A stretch of DNA of 64,000 nucleotides. Source: Gemmatimonadota bacterium. Lineage in GTDB: Bacteria > Gemmatimonadota > Gemmatimonadetes > Gemmatimonadales > GWC2-71-9. This document shows positions 22,201 to 31,173 of this stretch, piece after piece. Each line of letters starts with the position of its first letter. Position 1 is the first letter of the stretch. Where the stretch lies: contig JAZDCZ010000347.1 in the NCBI GenBank assembly GCA_036679605.1, forward strand, positions 59,751-123,750. The letters are read 5' to 3'. Below the pieces are notes generated by a model. It saw only the letters and a program-made list of their open reading frames with translations, was not told the DNA's origin and did no database searches. The translations under genes and the position numbers were made by a program.

Positions 22201-22248
22201 CGCAATACCCAGGTCGCGGCGGCGGTGCTGGATGTGATAGTGCGGTAG
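19219..22248 (+). CDS. Membrane-anchored SARP/BTAD + AAA-ATPase transcriptional regulator with extracytoplasmic C-terminal domain
   Basis: N-terminal wHTH (KPLALVIYL..RREHLSAVLWG..LRQVLWQLR), BTAD (DPLSERLWRLLL), Walker A GRPGVGKT, Walker B ILVDDLHWAD, one TM helix (VGTVAVVALVVVTGVAVTLGL), beta-rich tail. Confidence 0.85.
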   Translation: MMTDPPAVSKALYRLITLGPPMLLKTDAEGERVIYTMGKPLALVIYLSMLPGRSARREHLSAVLWGNSTTAKGLAALRQVLWQLRDRLGDAAVVSSDRNVSLNIDLTVDEQECLAAFNEGDFARVVELYTNEFLPDFAIPGAAELEIWADGERQRLRSAYLMAGESTVRCMLDESHFSAASHLAHRLRDSDPLSERLWRLLLETLAAVGDTVEMRLEIERLESMLGMEEREPEPATRDLIQHLRARPDARLTEDDTSHSLVAELIGREKEFSAVIEGWRKAKAGQPTHFHITGRPGVGKTRLLDDVHARLDAEGARTVYVRAHHGERAMTFALAGDLADALAQLPGAAGISSGSVSQLLHLAPTLSNIYSARQPATNPTEQGAMKALSELLLAVADEGPFAILVDDLHWADRSSIVIVQSLIARLEGVGTLIVTTQRPPTEPLPAPFSVALELNPLSSKQLQQMLESLGLRRNSWSRAMTDILHSVTEGIPFLVLEILRLALDRGLLLLDRSTDAWICPDEDALRRELLGGTAEEQRIARLTEREQGVLLSLTVAGIPLHCRLIESMLQIESAECLAQLRKLERDGFVVQSNSRWAIAHDKLAESILTGTDSARVAEIRGALANAAVAIIPDPETLRLATLQLEASGDNALLQVAFGHWLSYWRGRGDRRSVRQLAAALIGVDVRSSRVRALVSSLPLRRRFRYWSVTTVGTVAVVALVVVTGVAVTLGLRSNPPYRLMVTSTPSGLASDVLTMMPAPAIEIRHRDGTLASELEDTIRVSRVLGPNQLTGTLAVVAVGGRAVFDRIRPAYPGSSQGIWVLRFESSWGTVQTDSFEVNYPPSLHFASGSINGYVVDRRALTISVGPGDSLVGTVDLRYSTNWGAASIVLGMSSTWESREEVAPGRALATPVRNGLTRDMPINLRAPSEPGTYHVIFAFAAEENTKHVFSGTNWTYGEPVWHDGNDIVDWPDSILGIARTTGTGTNLVLWPDYPRHRNTQVAAAVLDVIVR

Positions 22249-22301
22249 AAGGCTTCTGCAGCTGCAAAAGATCCGACCAACCCGTGCATACTCAGCTCAT
22301 A

Positions 22302-22332
22302 TAACGCCTATCTAACGTCCTCGTTGTATGCT
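22302..22332 (+). promoter_or_regulatory. Heptamer direct repeat promoter (SARP-box-like)
   Basis: TAACGCC-tatc-TAACGTC, 7 nt, TATGCT (-10). Confidence 0.6.
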
Positions 22333-22389
22333 CCGAAGCAGCATTAATAGGGGCGCTTGTCCCCTCGTTCCCGGAGAGCAAACATCAAT

Positions 22390-23745
22390 ATGCGGTGCGT
22401 TTGTCGTGTACTACTCGCTACGTCAGCCACCATGGTCTTCGGCTGCGGCGAGGCTCCCTTTGCGCCGTCGACAGCAGGTGGTCCCGCACTTGCAATCTCG
22501 GATGGAGCGCACAATGGTAACGCGCACTTCTTCTTCCTGCCGCCGTTGGTGCGTCAAGCCGAGTTCAGCGGCACCTTCGACGGTTCATTGTCTCCCGTGG
22601 TACGGATCACAGAGAACGGGGCACCGCTGGTCGACCTAACTCCTACAGTCCATCTGTTGGACGAATTGTATCAAGTGAATTGGCACACGGACGATTTCGC
22701 ACTCGATTCATCCAAGAGTTATCGCATCGTCGTACTGCTCGATGGAACCGAGTTGGGCTTCGCTGACGTAGTTGTTGGCGCGACTGGAAAGGAGTTGCGG
22801 CCCGTCAACACCGATGAGTTCATCGCCTTGAAGGACGGCCGAACACTGCCGATCAAATTCCGGATTGAAGACGGTGCGCTACGAGGACCTCTTACTTGGA
22901 CACTCGAAACTATCGACGGAACGTCGAACGTGTTGAGTGTGTGGGCATCGTCTCCTTCTGATGTGTGGGTCGCCGGCGGGTTTACGACCCTCTTTCACTT
23001 TGACGGTTCGACCTGGACTCAGCCGGGCCTTCCCTCAGGAACTCTGAACACGAATTCCCTGTTCGGCTTTAGCCCCACGTCGGTATTTGCCGCAAGTCAG
23101 GCGGGAGTGATGCACTACGACGGCACTATGTGGACCTTTGTGTTGGGAGGCGTTGGTGAACTTTTTGGAATCTGGGGAACATCTGCGACAGATCTGTTTG
23201 TCTCTGGCGATGGCCGGTTCCTGCATTTCGACGGCAGCAACTGGACGGACATACCGACAGGTCTATCTACGGCTTTCAATACAGATCGTCTCCTTGCCAT
23301 GTGGGGTACGTCATCGACCGACGTCTTCATAGCTGGCGCGTCAGTAGGACCTAAAGGGCGGATTCTGCGCTATGACGGAAACACCGTGACTGAAATCATG
23401 ACGGTTCAGGGCGCTGCAGTTCATGCCATCCATGGTACTGGGCCGAATGACGTGTTTGCCGTCGGCTCTGGTGGGCACATATGGCATTACGACGGCGCCG
23501 CATGGACAGGAATGACCAGCGGTACTTCCCTACCGCTCGGTGGAGTATTCGCGGTCTCTCCGGTAGACGTCTATGCTGCAGGCAGCAGCGGCAGCTTACT
23601 ACACTATGACGGTGTCACTTGGGCTCCTGTTACAAGCGGAACATCTCTGTTCCTCGGCGGCATCGGGTATGGAGTATTCGCGCTATCAGCAGATTTGGTG
23701 TACGTGACTGCCTCGCCAGGAACCCTGTTGGTAGGAAGACGCTAG
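22390..23745 (+). CDS. Lipoprotein with uncharacterised N-terminal domain and W-G-x-S-x-x-D-V beta-propeller-like repeats
   Basis: MVFGC lipobox; repeated WASSPSDVW/WGTSATDLF/HFDGSxW units. Confidence 0.8.
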   Translation: MRCVCRVLLATSATMVFGCGEAPFAPSTAGGPALAISDGAHNGNAHFFFLPPLVRQAEFSGTFDGSLSPVVRITENGAPLVDLTPTVHLLDELYQVNWHTDDFALDSSKSYRIVVLLDGTELGFADVVVGATGKELRPVNTDEFIALKDGRTLPIKFRIEDGALRGPLTWTLETIDGTSNVLSVWASSPSDVWVAGGFTTLFHFDGSTWTQPGLPSGTLNTNSLFGFSPTSVFAASQAGVMHYDGTMWTFVLGGVGELFGIWGTSATDLFVSGDGRFLHFDGSNWTDIPTGLSTAFNTDRLLAMWGTSSTDVFIAGASVGPKGRILRYDGNTVTEIMTVQGAAVHAIHGTGPNDVFAVGSGGHIWHYDGAAWTGMTSGTSLPLGGVFAVSPVDVYAAGSSGSLLHYDGVTWAPVTSGTSLFLGGIGYGVFALSADLVYVTASPGTLLVGRR

Positions 23746-24149
23746 ACGTATGGTTGGGGCAGCCTCAGAGGGAACCGACCGAATCCAGGAGGCCGACTCT
23801 ACATGACGACTCATAGTCAGACCCACAAGGCTTGGCTCGTACACTGACAGCAATCCTCCAGTGTGCGCGCGAGGCGGCGGTAAGTGCCTGTCGCTCCTGG
23901 GTGAGGGCCGGAAGCATCATGGGAGACGCGTTTCTGATATCTGTTACCCGAAACACCGCTGGGCAGTGGGGATTGTTCAGAACGACTGGCAAACACAACG
24001 GGCTGGCCCGTGGTGCGACGCGTCGAGGGCCCGAAACAAGTGACTCTTCTGGATTCACACACCTCCGACAGGGTGGCGAGGCCTGGCGCAATAATATCTG
24101 CCGTAGATAGGTTTATAGTCTACATCACAGCGAAAAGTGGAAGGAGCAA

Positions 24150-24614
24150 GTGCAGCGGGAGAAATCTATCTTCGACAAGATTGGCTCATTGATACCTGGA
24201 TATCGCGGGTATGCAGAACGGGAGGGACGGCGCCAATCAGACAAACTCCTGCGGCTTCGGATTGCCGACGCCCTGGACCGGTGTGCCTCAAACGTGCAAG
24301 ACCGGATCGACGATGCGCTCAGAGCCGGCGTTCCAGATCAGCTTGGGACGCACGAACGCTGCCACAAGAAACTGGATACGCTCGCGGCGAAAATTCGGTA
24401 CGCCCCTCACGGCGTTTCGTCGTTCTTCAGCGACGTACAGGTCAAGGAGGAGGAGCTGCTGCACCTGTATGAGCTTGACTGCGCCCTCGCGCAGTCGACC
24501 GACACGCTGACCCAGGAGATCGGGCAACTCGATCCCAATACCGCCCTGACCCACGTCGACGAAATAGCGAATGCCATGGATCGCAGAAACTCCTGGCTCC
24601 AGGAACGTAAGTAA
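24150..24614 (+). CDS. Hypothetical helical protein (IPGYRGY..RR..DKLLR family, SPFH-associated)
   Basis: GTG start with AAGGAG SD; stop overlaps next ATG (taatg). Confidence 0.75.
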   Translation: MQREKSIFDKIGSLIPGYRGYAEREGRRQSDKLLRLRIADALDRCASNVQDRIDDALRAGVPDQLGTHERCHKKLDTLAAKIRYAPHGVSSFFSDVQVKEEELLHLYELDCALAQSTDTLTQEIGQLDPNTALTHVDEIANAMDRRNSWLQERK

Positions 24615-25603
24615 TGCCGGCACTCATGGAAGTTTTGGAGTTCCTGGACGACTCGGGAAACGTAATGGTACAGCGGGTACCGTCCGTCGGCCAATGTTCT
24701 ATTCGGTGGGGAGCACAACTCACTGTTCGTGAGAGTCAGGCAGCAGTCTTTGTCCGCGACGGTAAGGCCCTCGATGTATTCCCAACCGGTCGGTATGTGC
24801 TTGAAACGCAGAATGTGCCTGTCGTCGGGAAGTGGATCACAGGATTTGGCTATGGACCACAATCTCCTTTCCGAGCCGAGGTGTACTTTCTCAACTTGAA
24901 GCTGTTTCCTAATCTCCGTTGGGGTACGCGCGAACCAGTTGTCTTCCGCGACGCAGAACTCCAGATGATCCGGCTTCGCTCAAATGGCATCTTCTCACTA
25001 CAGATCGCGGACCCGACTGTTTTTCTCAACAAGGTTGTTGGTACACAAGGTCTATACCTGGATAACCACATTCACGACTATCTACGCAACACGATAGTGA
25101 CACGCCTGACAACTGTCTTGGGAAAACATTTCAAGACGATATTCGATGTTCCCACGGAACTGGACAACCTCTCCCTCATGGTACGAAGCAGCTTGCGGGA
25201 TGATTTCGGCGGACTAGGGCTGTCGCTCCATGATTTCCTCATCAATTCCGTTTCGGTGCCTCCGAATGTACAACAGTTGATCGACGCTCGCGCGGGCATG
25301 GCTGCTGTCGGAAACATGGATCAGTTCATGCGGTTCAAGGCTGCCATGGCTCTCGAGACAGCCGCCGACAACCCGGGTGGTGGGGCCGCTGCGGGCGTAG
25401 GGGTAGGCGCCGGTGTCGGTCTCGGCTTCATGTTACCGCAGATGATGCGAGACGCATTCACAGCTCCACACCCCACGCCAGAGACACCGGCCACCGACAC
25501 GGCTCTCGACACCATCAGACACCTCAAGGAGCTGGTCGATCTAGGCGCTATTACCCAGGACGAGTTCGAGCACAAGAAGCAGGAACTCTTGAAGGAGATT
25601 TAG
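24614..25603 (+). CDS. SPFH/band-7-like (YdjI-type) protein with C-terminal SHOCT
   Basis: GAQLTVRESQAAVFVRDG, SPFRAEVYF, WGTREP; LKELVDLGAITQDEFEHKKQELL SHOCT motif. Confidence 0.85.
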   Translation: MPALMEVLEFLDDSGNVMVQRVPSVGQCSIRWGAQLTVRESQAAVFVRDGKALDVFPTGRYVLETQNVPVVGKWITGFGYGPQSPFRAEVYFLNLKLFPNLRWGTREPVVFRDAELQMIRLRSNGIFSLQIADPTVFLNKVVGTQGLYLDNHIHDYLRNTIVTRLTTVLGKHFKTIFDVPTELDNLSLMVRSSLRDDFGGLGLSLHDFLINSVSVPPNVQQLIDARAGMAAVGNMDQFMRFKAAMALETAADNPGGGAAAGVGVGAGVGLGFMLPQMMRDAFTAPHPTPETPATDTALDTIRHLKELVDLGAITQDEFEHKKQELLKEI

Positions 25604-25604
25604 G

Positions 25605-25961
25605 GTGAGATTCGTCCTCGGCGTAGGCCTCGCGATCATTACGGTGGCAACCGTGGTCTACGTGTTGGAAACAGATCGCTCATTGGTGCAAGTCACGGTC
25701 GGGTTCATCTTGTTTTTCCTCCCGGCCGTCTTCATCTCATCTTTCAGGTCCACAGCGTCAATCTTCCTGCTCGTCGCCTGTACAGGGGCAACGGGATACT
25801 TGGTCGTCAAGGGCTCGTACTACGACACCGCGCTCGGAATTGGACTGGCCCTGTTGTTGGGTGGATCTATCGCCTACTGGAGAATCCGTCATTACCAACC
25901 CTTTTCCCGCGCAAGTTTTGAGCAACAAGCAACCGGCAACAAGGATTTTAGGGATGGCTGA
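25605..25961 (+). CDS. Small integral membrane protein
   Basis: About four hydrophobic helices; operonic spacing. Confidence 0.7.
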   Translation: MRFVLGVGLAIITVATVVYVLETDRSLVQVTVGFILFFLPAVFISSFRSTASIFLLVACTGATGYLVVKGSYYDTALGIGLALLLGGSIAYWRIRHYQPFSRASFEQQATGNKDFRDG

Positions 25962-26415
25962 GGACCCACTGCAGTACTTTGGCGAGGCGATCTCGCTCGT
26001 TCACGATGGGTTCTATATGGATGCCATCGAGAGGTTGCAGACGCTGGTTAACCGCTTCCCGGAGTCGGATCTCGCCGACGACGCACTATACAACGTCGCG
26101 TTGTGCTATTACGAACTGAACCAGTTTACAGAGGCCGAGTCACACCTCGTTTACCTTCGCGACGCCTATCCCGACGCCCAAATCGACTCCCAGAGCGCAC
26201 TTGACGAACACGGCCGTACTGCGGCGCGAGCCCACTATCTCAGCGCCAACTGCAGCCTTGCGCAGGGACACATCGGGCAAGCCGAGGCATCAGTAACTGC
26301 TCTGCAGGACTACTCCGATTCCTATGTGATCAAGGACGGGAAAAGAATAGCCTACGGAGACCTCGCACAGAACGCCATCGATCTCTATAAGAGTCTTACC
26401 CACCCTGGGTCCTGA
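25954..26415 (+). CDS. Tetratricopeptide repeat protein
   Basis: FPESDLADDALYNVALCYYEL TPR motif; ATG at 25954 overlaps upstream stop. Confidence 0.75.
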   Translation: MAEDPLQYFGEAISLVHDGFYMDAIERLQTLVNRFPESDLADDALYNVALCYYELNQFTEAESHLVYLRDAYPDAQIDSQSALDEHGRTAARAHYLSANCSLAQGHIGQAEASVTALQDYSDSYVIKDGKRIAYGDLAQNAIDLYKSLTHPGS

Positions 26416-26429
26416 GAAGGATAAACAGC

Positions 26430-27281
26430 ATGGCCACCTTCAAGACAACACAATGTCCCAACTGTGGAGCCGGCCTGCAGGTTCCACACGACAAAGACGA
26501 CATTATCTGCATGTATTGCGGTGGCCAAGTAGTGGTCAAGCAGACAGTCCCGAAAATCGCCGGTAGCAATGTTGACAATTTGCTGAAACTCGCTGAGGTC
26601 GACCGCGAGGCAGGACAACTTGGGGATGCCATCCATTATTACAACAAGGTGCTCGAGGTGGAAGTCGAGAACGCCACCGCTTGGTTCGGTAAAGGGAAGT
26701 GCCTCGTGCTGAGGTCCATAGGGAAGTCCGAATGGCAGAATCCGCTTGATCAGGCCGTCACGTTCTTCAAGAAGGCGGTGGAATACGCTGAGGATCAAGC
26801 AAAGATGAAAAAGCGCATCGCTTTTGAACTCTGGGACATCGTCACCGTTCTAAGACGTGGCATCATGATTCGATACAGACGAGATCGAAGCAACAGCCTA
26901 ACGACCCTTATGACGAAAGTTCAAATGTATGAACTCGATAAACACATGGCAATGGCCTTCGAGTACCACCCCGACGAGAGGATTATCAAAGAAGCGTTGA
27001 ACATTTGCCAGGAGTATGTGAAGGAGCTAACGGGCTCGCTGAGTACAAAGCACCTCACACCGGAGGACAAACACATGAAGGCGCAGCTGCAGAAGTACAC
27101 CGCAGACCTGGCAGCGGCTCCGGCTGCCGCGCAACCTGAATCGACAGCGACTGCTGCAGCTTTCCCGTCTACCACTGAGCAACAACAGCCGGCAATCGGA
27201 ATGGGTCAACGCATTTTTAGTGTCGGGTTCCTCGGAGCGTTAATTGCGGCGGTTATTTGGACGGTATTGGTTTGGAAGTAA
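26430..27281 (+). CDS. Zinc-ribbon + TPR protein with C-terminal TM helix
   Basis: CPNCG..CMYCG; AIHYYNKVLE..AWFGKG; hydrophobic C-terminus. Confidence 0.78.
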   Translation: MATFKTTQCPNCGAGLQVPHDKDDIICMYCGGQVVVKQTVPKIAGSNVDNLLKLAEVDREAGQLGDAIHYYNKVLEVEVENATAWFGKGKCLVLRSIGKSEWQNPLDQAVTFFKKAVEYAEDQAKMKKRIAFELWDIVTVLRRGIMIRYRRDRSNSLTTLMTKVQMYELDKHMAMAFEYHPDERIIKEALNICQEYVKELTGSLSTKHLTPEDKHMKAQLQKYTADLAAAPAAAQPESTATAAAFPSTTEQQQPAIGMGQRIFSVGFLGALIAAVIWTVLVWK

Positions 27282-27928
27282 CCGCAGTTAGTGGACGGGC
27301 CGTCTTCAATGATGTTGGTTCGGGAGACCCTGATTCCTCGGCGGGCTTTTGGGTGCTCCGCCTTGAGTCGTCCTGGGGAACCGTGGTAACCGATTCGTTC
27401 GAAATCAACTATCCGCCCTCCCTACATTTCGAAAGTGGCAACATTAATGGGCAGGGCCTGGGTCCGCAGGCACCTACTATGACCATGGGTGTAGGAGATT
27501 CAATCGTAGGAGCGATCAATCTCACGTATTCGACAAATTGGGGAGCGGCATCGATAGTTCTGGGCATGAGCAGCACCTGGGACCGCCGCGAGGACGTCGC
27601 CCCCTGCAGGGGCCTACCTACTCCCGTGCGCAATGGCGTGACACGTGACCTACCTATCAATCTCCGGGCGCCGTCAGAACCTGGTACCTACCATATTATC
27701 TTCGCCTTTGCCGCCGAAGAAGATACCAAACAGGTGTTCTGAGGCACCAACTGGACTCTTGGCCAGCCGGTGTGGTACGACGGCAACGACATCGTTGACT
27801 GGCCCGACAGTCTCCTGGCAATTGCTCGTACAACAGGCACCGTAGCCGATCAACTGGTACTCAAACCCAACGATCTGACTGCCATTACGTTGGTCGCGGC
27901 GACTGTGCTGGATGTGACAGTGCGGTAG
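27278..27928 (+). pseudogene. Orphan, diverged copy of the 3' ~215 codons of the 19219-22248 regulator (extracytoplasmic domain)
   Basis: GRAVF..WVLRLESSWGTV..YSTNWGAASIVLGMSSTW..APSEPGTYH..VLDVTVR*; premature TGA at 27740 where the intact gene has TCG; no 5' part. Confidence 0.9.
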
Positions 27929-27978
27929 GGAGCTGGAATGGGGTGATCGGCAGTCGCCCTGCCTCTTGTGGTCTCATA

Positions 27979-28009
27979 TGACGCCCATCTAACGCCACCG
28001 CTGTATTGA
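27979..28009 (+). promoter_or_regulatory. Heptamer direct repeat promoter (SARP-box-like)
   Basis: TGACGCC-catc-TAACGCC, 7 nt, TATTGA. Confidence 0.55.
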
Positions 28010-28100
28010 TAAGCGCTGAGTGAGCTGCGCCGGATTGTCACACCCTCAACCCAGCTTCCAAAGACCGGCACCGTCCGCGGCTACCCAGGAGAACCAGAAA

Positions 28101-28286
28101 ATGGCAGATCGGAAGTCCAAGTTTCTTGAGAGTACTCTCTGCACGCCGCTGACAGTGCCGGATGCACCGTGTAGCGCGACAGACTCGGCGACGGCATCCG
28201 AGGCCGCCAAAGAGCAGAAGTCAGCAAATCTCGGTCCGAGTCAGCCCGACACCAAGACGCCGCGGAGTGGTGGCGAACGGGAGTAG
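28101..28286 (+). CDS. Conserved small protein, copy 1 (61 aa, internally shortened)
   Basis: AGGAGA SD, MADRKSKFLESTLCTPLTVPDA; synonymous divergence from copies 2 and 3. Confidence 0.65.
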   Translation: MADRKSKFLESTLCTPLTVPDAPCSATDSATASEAAKEQKSANLGPSQPDTKTPRSGGERE

Positions 28287-28294
28287 ACTTTTCC

Positions 28295-30814
28295 ATGAAG
28301 AAACTACTGTTGCATCAACATCCAAATATGAGGGCAGCACGTGTCCTCGGGTGTACCGCAATTCTCACAGCGGCCCTCGTTTCGGGCTCTTGTGGTTCGG
28401 GGTCTAGTTCAGAGAGGCCCACCGGGCCTACTGGTCCCGACGGTACAGTTCCCGCCGTCGCTTCAATCCTGGTGGCCCCAGATAGCACGCTTCTCACCGC
28501 TCTGGGGGATACCACCCGATACACAGCGGCGGCCAAAGATGCTCAGCAGAACACAGTCACCGGCATCACGTTCGCTTGGACCTCCTCAGATACCACAGTC
28601 GCCACCGTCGATCCTGCCACCGGCCTCGTTACCTCAACAGCCAACGGCTCTGCGACGATAACTGCGGTGGCAAGCGGGATCTCGGGTAGCGCAGGACTCC
28701 GTGTTATGCAATCGGTAATGACCATTTCCGTCACGCCAGCTGCTGACACATTGGTGGCTCTCGGTGGCACGATTCGGTTTACCGCAACGGCAACAGATGC
28801 ACTGCAGAATGCCGTGACGGGGACAACGTTCGCTTGGACCTCATCAGATACCACAGTCGCCACCGTTGATGCAGGCACCGGTCTCATCACCTCATTAGCC
28901 AACGGCTCGGTGACGATAACTGCGGTGGCAAGCGGGATCTCGGGTAGCGCAGGACTCCTTGTTATGCAATCGGTAATGACGATTTCGGTCACGCCAGCCG
29001 CTGACACATTGGTGGCTCTCGGTGGCACGATTCGGTTTACCGCAACGGCAACAGATGGGAACGGCAACTCCATTGTCGGCGCGGTCCTTCAGTGGTCTTC
29101 GTCCGACACCACGGTCGTTCGGGTAGATGCGTCTTCCGGCCTCGCAATGGCGGTTGCAAACGGGTCGGTCAGTATCACGGCCCTTGCTGATGGAGGGGTC
29201 GGCAGTGCTGCCCTCAGGGTTTTTCAGGAAGTAGTCAGCGTAAATGTGACCCCGGCGGTGGACACCATCTCAGGTATCGGTAATGTTCTACAGTTCAGTG
29301 CTATCGCGAGGGATCCCAATGATAGTGCCGTAACCAGCGTCCCGTTTATCTGGCTCTCGTCGAATCACAATGTTGCCGTGTTGGACACCAACGGTCTTGC
29401 TACCTCAACGGGCGAGGGAACCGCTGTGATAACGGCGGCCACCCGGGGCGTCCCGGGAAGTGCCACCTTAATAGTCGCAGCTGCGTCCCAAATGTCGATC
29501 AATGCTGGCGATGGACAGTCAGCTACCGTGGGCGCCGTTGTGGCAGTTCCACCGAGCGTCTTCGTAACGGATCGGTTTGCTAATCCTGTGTCTGGGGTGG
29601 CTGTGACATTCGCTGTGACGCGCGGTGGAGGTACGGTGAACCCGACCACCGCAATTTCTACCGATACAAATGGCCTGGCAGCAGTGACTTCGTGGACATT
29701 GGGTAAGACCGTCGGATCCAATACGCTCACCGCTTCATCCACTGGCCTCACAGGTAGTCCTTTAACAGTTATGGCTACTGCGACTGTGTCAGTAGCCGCA
29801 CAGATGTCGATCAATGCTGGCGATGGACAGTCAGCTACCGTGGGCGCTGTTGTGGCAGTTCCGCCGAGCGTCTTGGTAACGGATCAGTTTGGTAATCCTG
29901 TGTCTGGGGTGGCTGTGACATTCGCTGTGGCGAGCGGCGGAGGTACGGTGAACCCGACCACGGCAATTTCTACCGATACAAATGGCTTGGCAGCGGTGAC
30001 TTCGTGGACATTGGGTAAGACCGTCGGATCCAATACGCTCACGGCTGTTTCGGTAGGCCTTACGGGCAGTCCGGTGACATTCAATGCGACCGCAACTATT
30101 GCGACGGGTATGTTGTTGTCACTGACTTCATCGGTACCGACAAACGAGTTCTTAGTGACTGTTGATGGTGGAGCGTTTGGGACTAACGCCCAAGTCACCC
30201 GTGTGTTAGGCAACTCGATGACGTCAGCCAGTACTACGGTAGGGGTACCTGCTGGGAGCGGATACCGAGTAAGGGCGGTGGCTCTCCTATTGGGTTCCGG
30301 CGGCACGTTCCCTGTGATGAGCGCGAGTGGGAAGGCAGAGGGGGTTGCAGTTGTCACAGGCAATCTCACCAACGTTTCCGTTTCGTTGGCGGCCCCGACT
30401 GTGGTGATTACCGCCCCGACATCAGTGAGTGCGGGACAGTCATATACAATTTCGTGGACATACACGGATCCCGGTGATGCGTTGGACCGAACTGGCCAAG
30501 GGAGGTTGGATGGACGGATTCATCATAGCTCGAGTGCGTTCGGCGATTTGACGGGTGCCCAGACACTTGCAGCCATCGCGACTCAGAACGGTCCAACTAG
30601 CTATTCCTTCGAAGCGACGCTAACTGCGCCTCTCACACCAGGTACGATCTTTTTCCAAGCGGTTGCACAGATTTTCAATATATCTGTTTCGGGTCTCAGT
30701 AGGGCGGGGTGGTTTATAGACCCCAGCACTGCAAGAGGTGAAGCACTTAGGCAGATTACGGTGAATTGGTTGGTTGACCGAGCTATTCTCAATAGTTATG
30801 GATTGGTGGAATGA
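28295..30814 (+). CDS. Lipoprotein with four Big_2 and two Big_1-like Ig domains plus unknown C-terminal domain
   Basis: VSGSC lipobox; WTSSDTTVATVD repeats; AGDGQSATVG..VTDQFGNPVSGVAVTF..TDTNGLA repeats. Confidence 0.88.
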   Translation: MKKLLLHQHPNMRAARVLGCTAILTAALVSGSCGSGSSSERPTGPTGPDGTVPAVASILVAPDSTLLTALGDTTRYTAAAKDAQQNTVTGITFAWTSSDTTVATVDPATGLVTSTANGSATITAVASGISGSAGLRVMQSVMTISVTPAADTLVALGGTIRFTATATDALQNAVTGTTFAWTSSDTTVATVDAGTGLITSLANGSVTITAVASGISGSAGLLVMQSVMTISVTPAADTLVALGGTIRFTATATDGNGNSIVGAVLQWSSSDTTVVRVDASSGLAMAVANGSVSITALADGGVGSAALRVFQEVVSVNVTPAVDTISGIGNVLQFSAIARDPNDSAVTSVPFIWLSSNHNVAVLDTNGLATSTGEGTAVITAATRGVPGSATLIVAAASQMSINAGDGQSATVGAVVAVPPSVFVTDRFANPVSGVAVTFAVTRGGGTVNPTTAISTDTNGLAAVTSWTLGKTVGSNTLTASSTGLTGSPLTVMATATVSVAAQMSINAGDGQSATVGAVVAVPPSVLVTDQFGNPVSGVAVTFAVASGGGTVNPTTAISTDTNGLAAVTSWTLGKTVGSNTLTAVSVGLTGSPVTFNATATIATGMLLSLTSSVPTNEFLVTVDGGAFGTNAQVTRVLGNSMTSASTTVGVPAGSGYRVRAVALLLGSGGTFPVMSASGKAEGVAVVTGNLTNVSVSLAAPTVVITAPTSVSAGQSYTISWTYTDPGDALDRTGQGRLDGRIHHSSSAFGDLTGAQTLAAIATQNGPTSYSFEATLTAPLTPGTIFFQAVAQIFNISVSGLSRAGWFIDPSTARGEALRQITVNWLVDRAILNSYGLVE
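28568..29057 (+). repeat. Near-identical intragenic tandem duplication, 258-nt period (Big_2 unit)
   Basis: acgttcgcttggacctc starts at 28568 and 28826. Confidence 0.85.
29492..30070 (+). repeat. Near-identical intragenic tandem duplication, 312-nt period (Big_1-like unit)
   Basis: atgtcgatcaatgctggcgatggacagtcagctaccgtgggcgc at 29492 and 29804. Confidence 0.85.
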
Positions 30815-30881
30815 GAAGGGCGGCGCATCCTTTGGTGTAGCATATACGGCACTCCTGGCTATTGAAGGCAAATATTTTTAC

Positions 30882-31007
30882 GAGCTGGCCGGAGAAGGTG
30901 CTCGTCGGATGTTGGTAGAGGCATTGGAGCCAGAGGTCGCCGAGTACATCGGGCGGCACACTGACGAGCGTGATGCGGCTGGCCGGGCCCATGTGGTTCA
31001 CGACGGA
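30882..31007 (+). mobile_element. IS256-family transposase N-terminal remnant
   Basis: ELAGEGARRMLVEALEPEVAEYIGRHTDERDAAGRAHVVHDG resembles the IS256 'GARRML..ALEAEV..Y......RD..G...VVRNG' motif. Confidence 0.65.
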
Positions 31008-31173
31008 GTGGAACAGAAATAGCTGTTGGCGAGACACGATGAGTCTCATACGGAAGTCATTCAGGTGAGTTCCGAAAAGGTATCAATAGACTGTCGGCTG
31101 GTGGGCCCAAGGAACGCTGACTGCCTGCAGCTGATCTGCGAAGTCGGTCTATAACTCGAGGAGAATAGTAACC

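Noticed and set aside
23746..24149. Short ORF MTTHSQTHKAWLVH after AGGAGG and other intergenic ORFs
   Set aside because: No recognisable motif or second copy; cannot be distinguished from decayed sequence.
27740..27742. Recoded TGA (selenocysteine or readthrough) in the orphan regulator copy
   Set aside because: It aligns to Ser (TCG) in the intact gene, and the copy lacks a 5' end, so a nonsense mutation is simpler.
21600..27928. Diversity-generating retroelement (TR/VR pair) explaining the duplicated regulator 3' end
   Set aside because: Differences are not adenine-specific, many are synonymous third-position changes, and no DGR reverse transcriptase is in the window.
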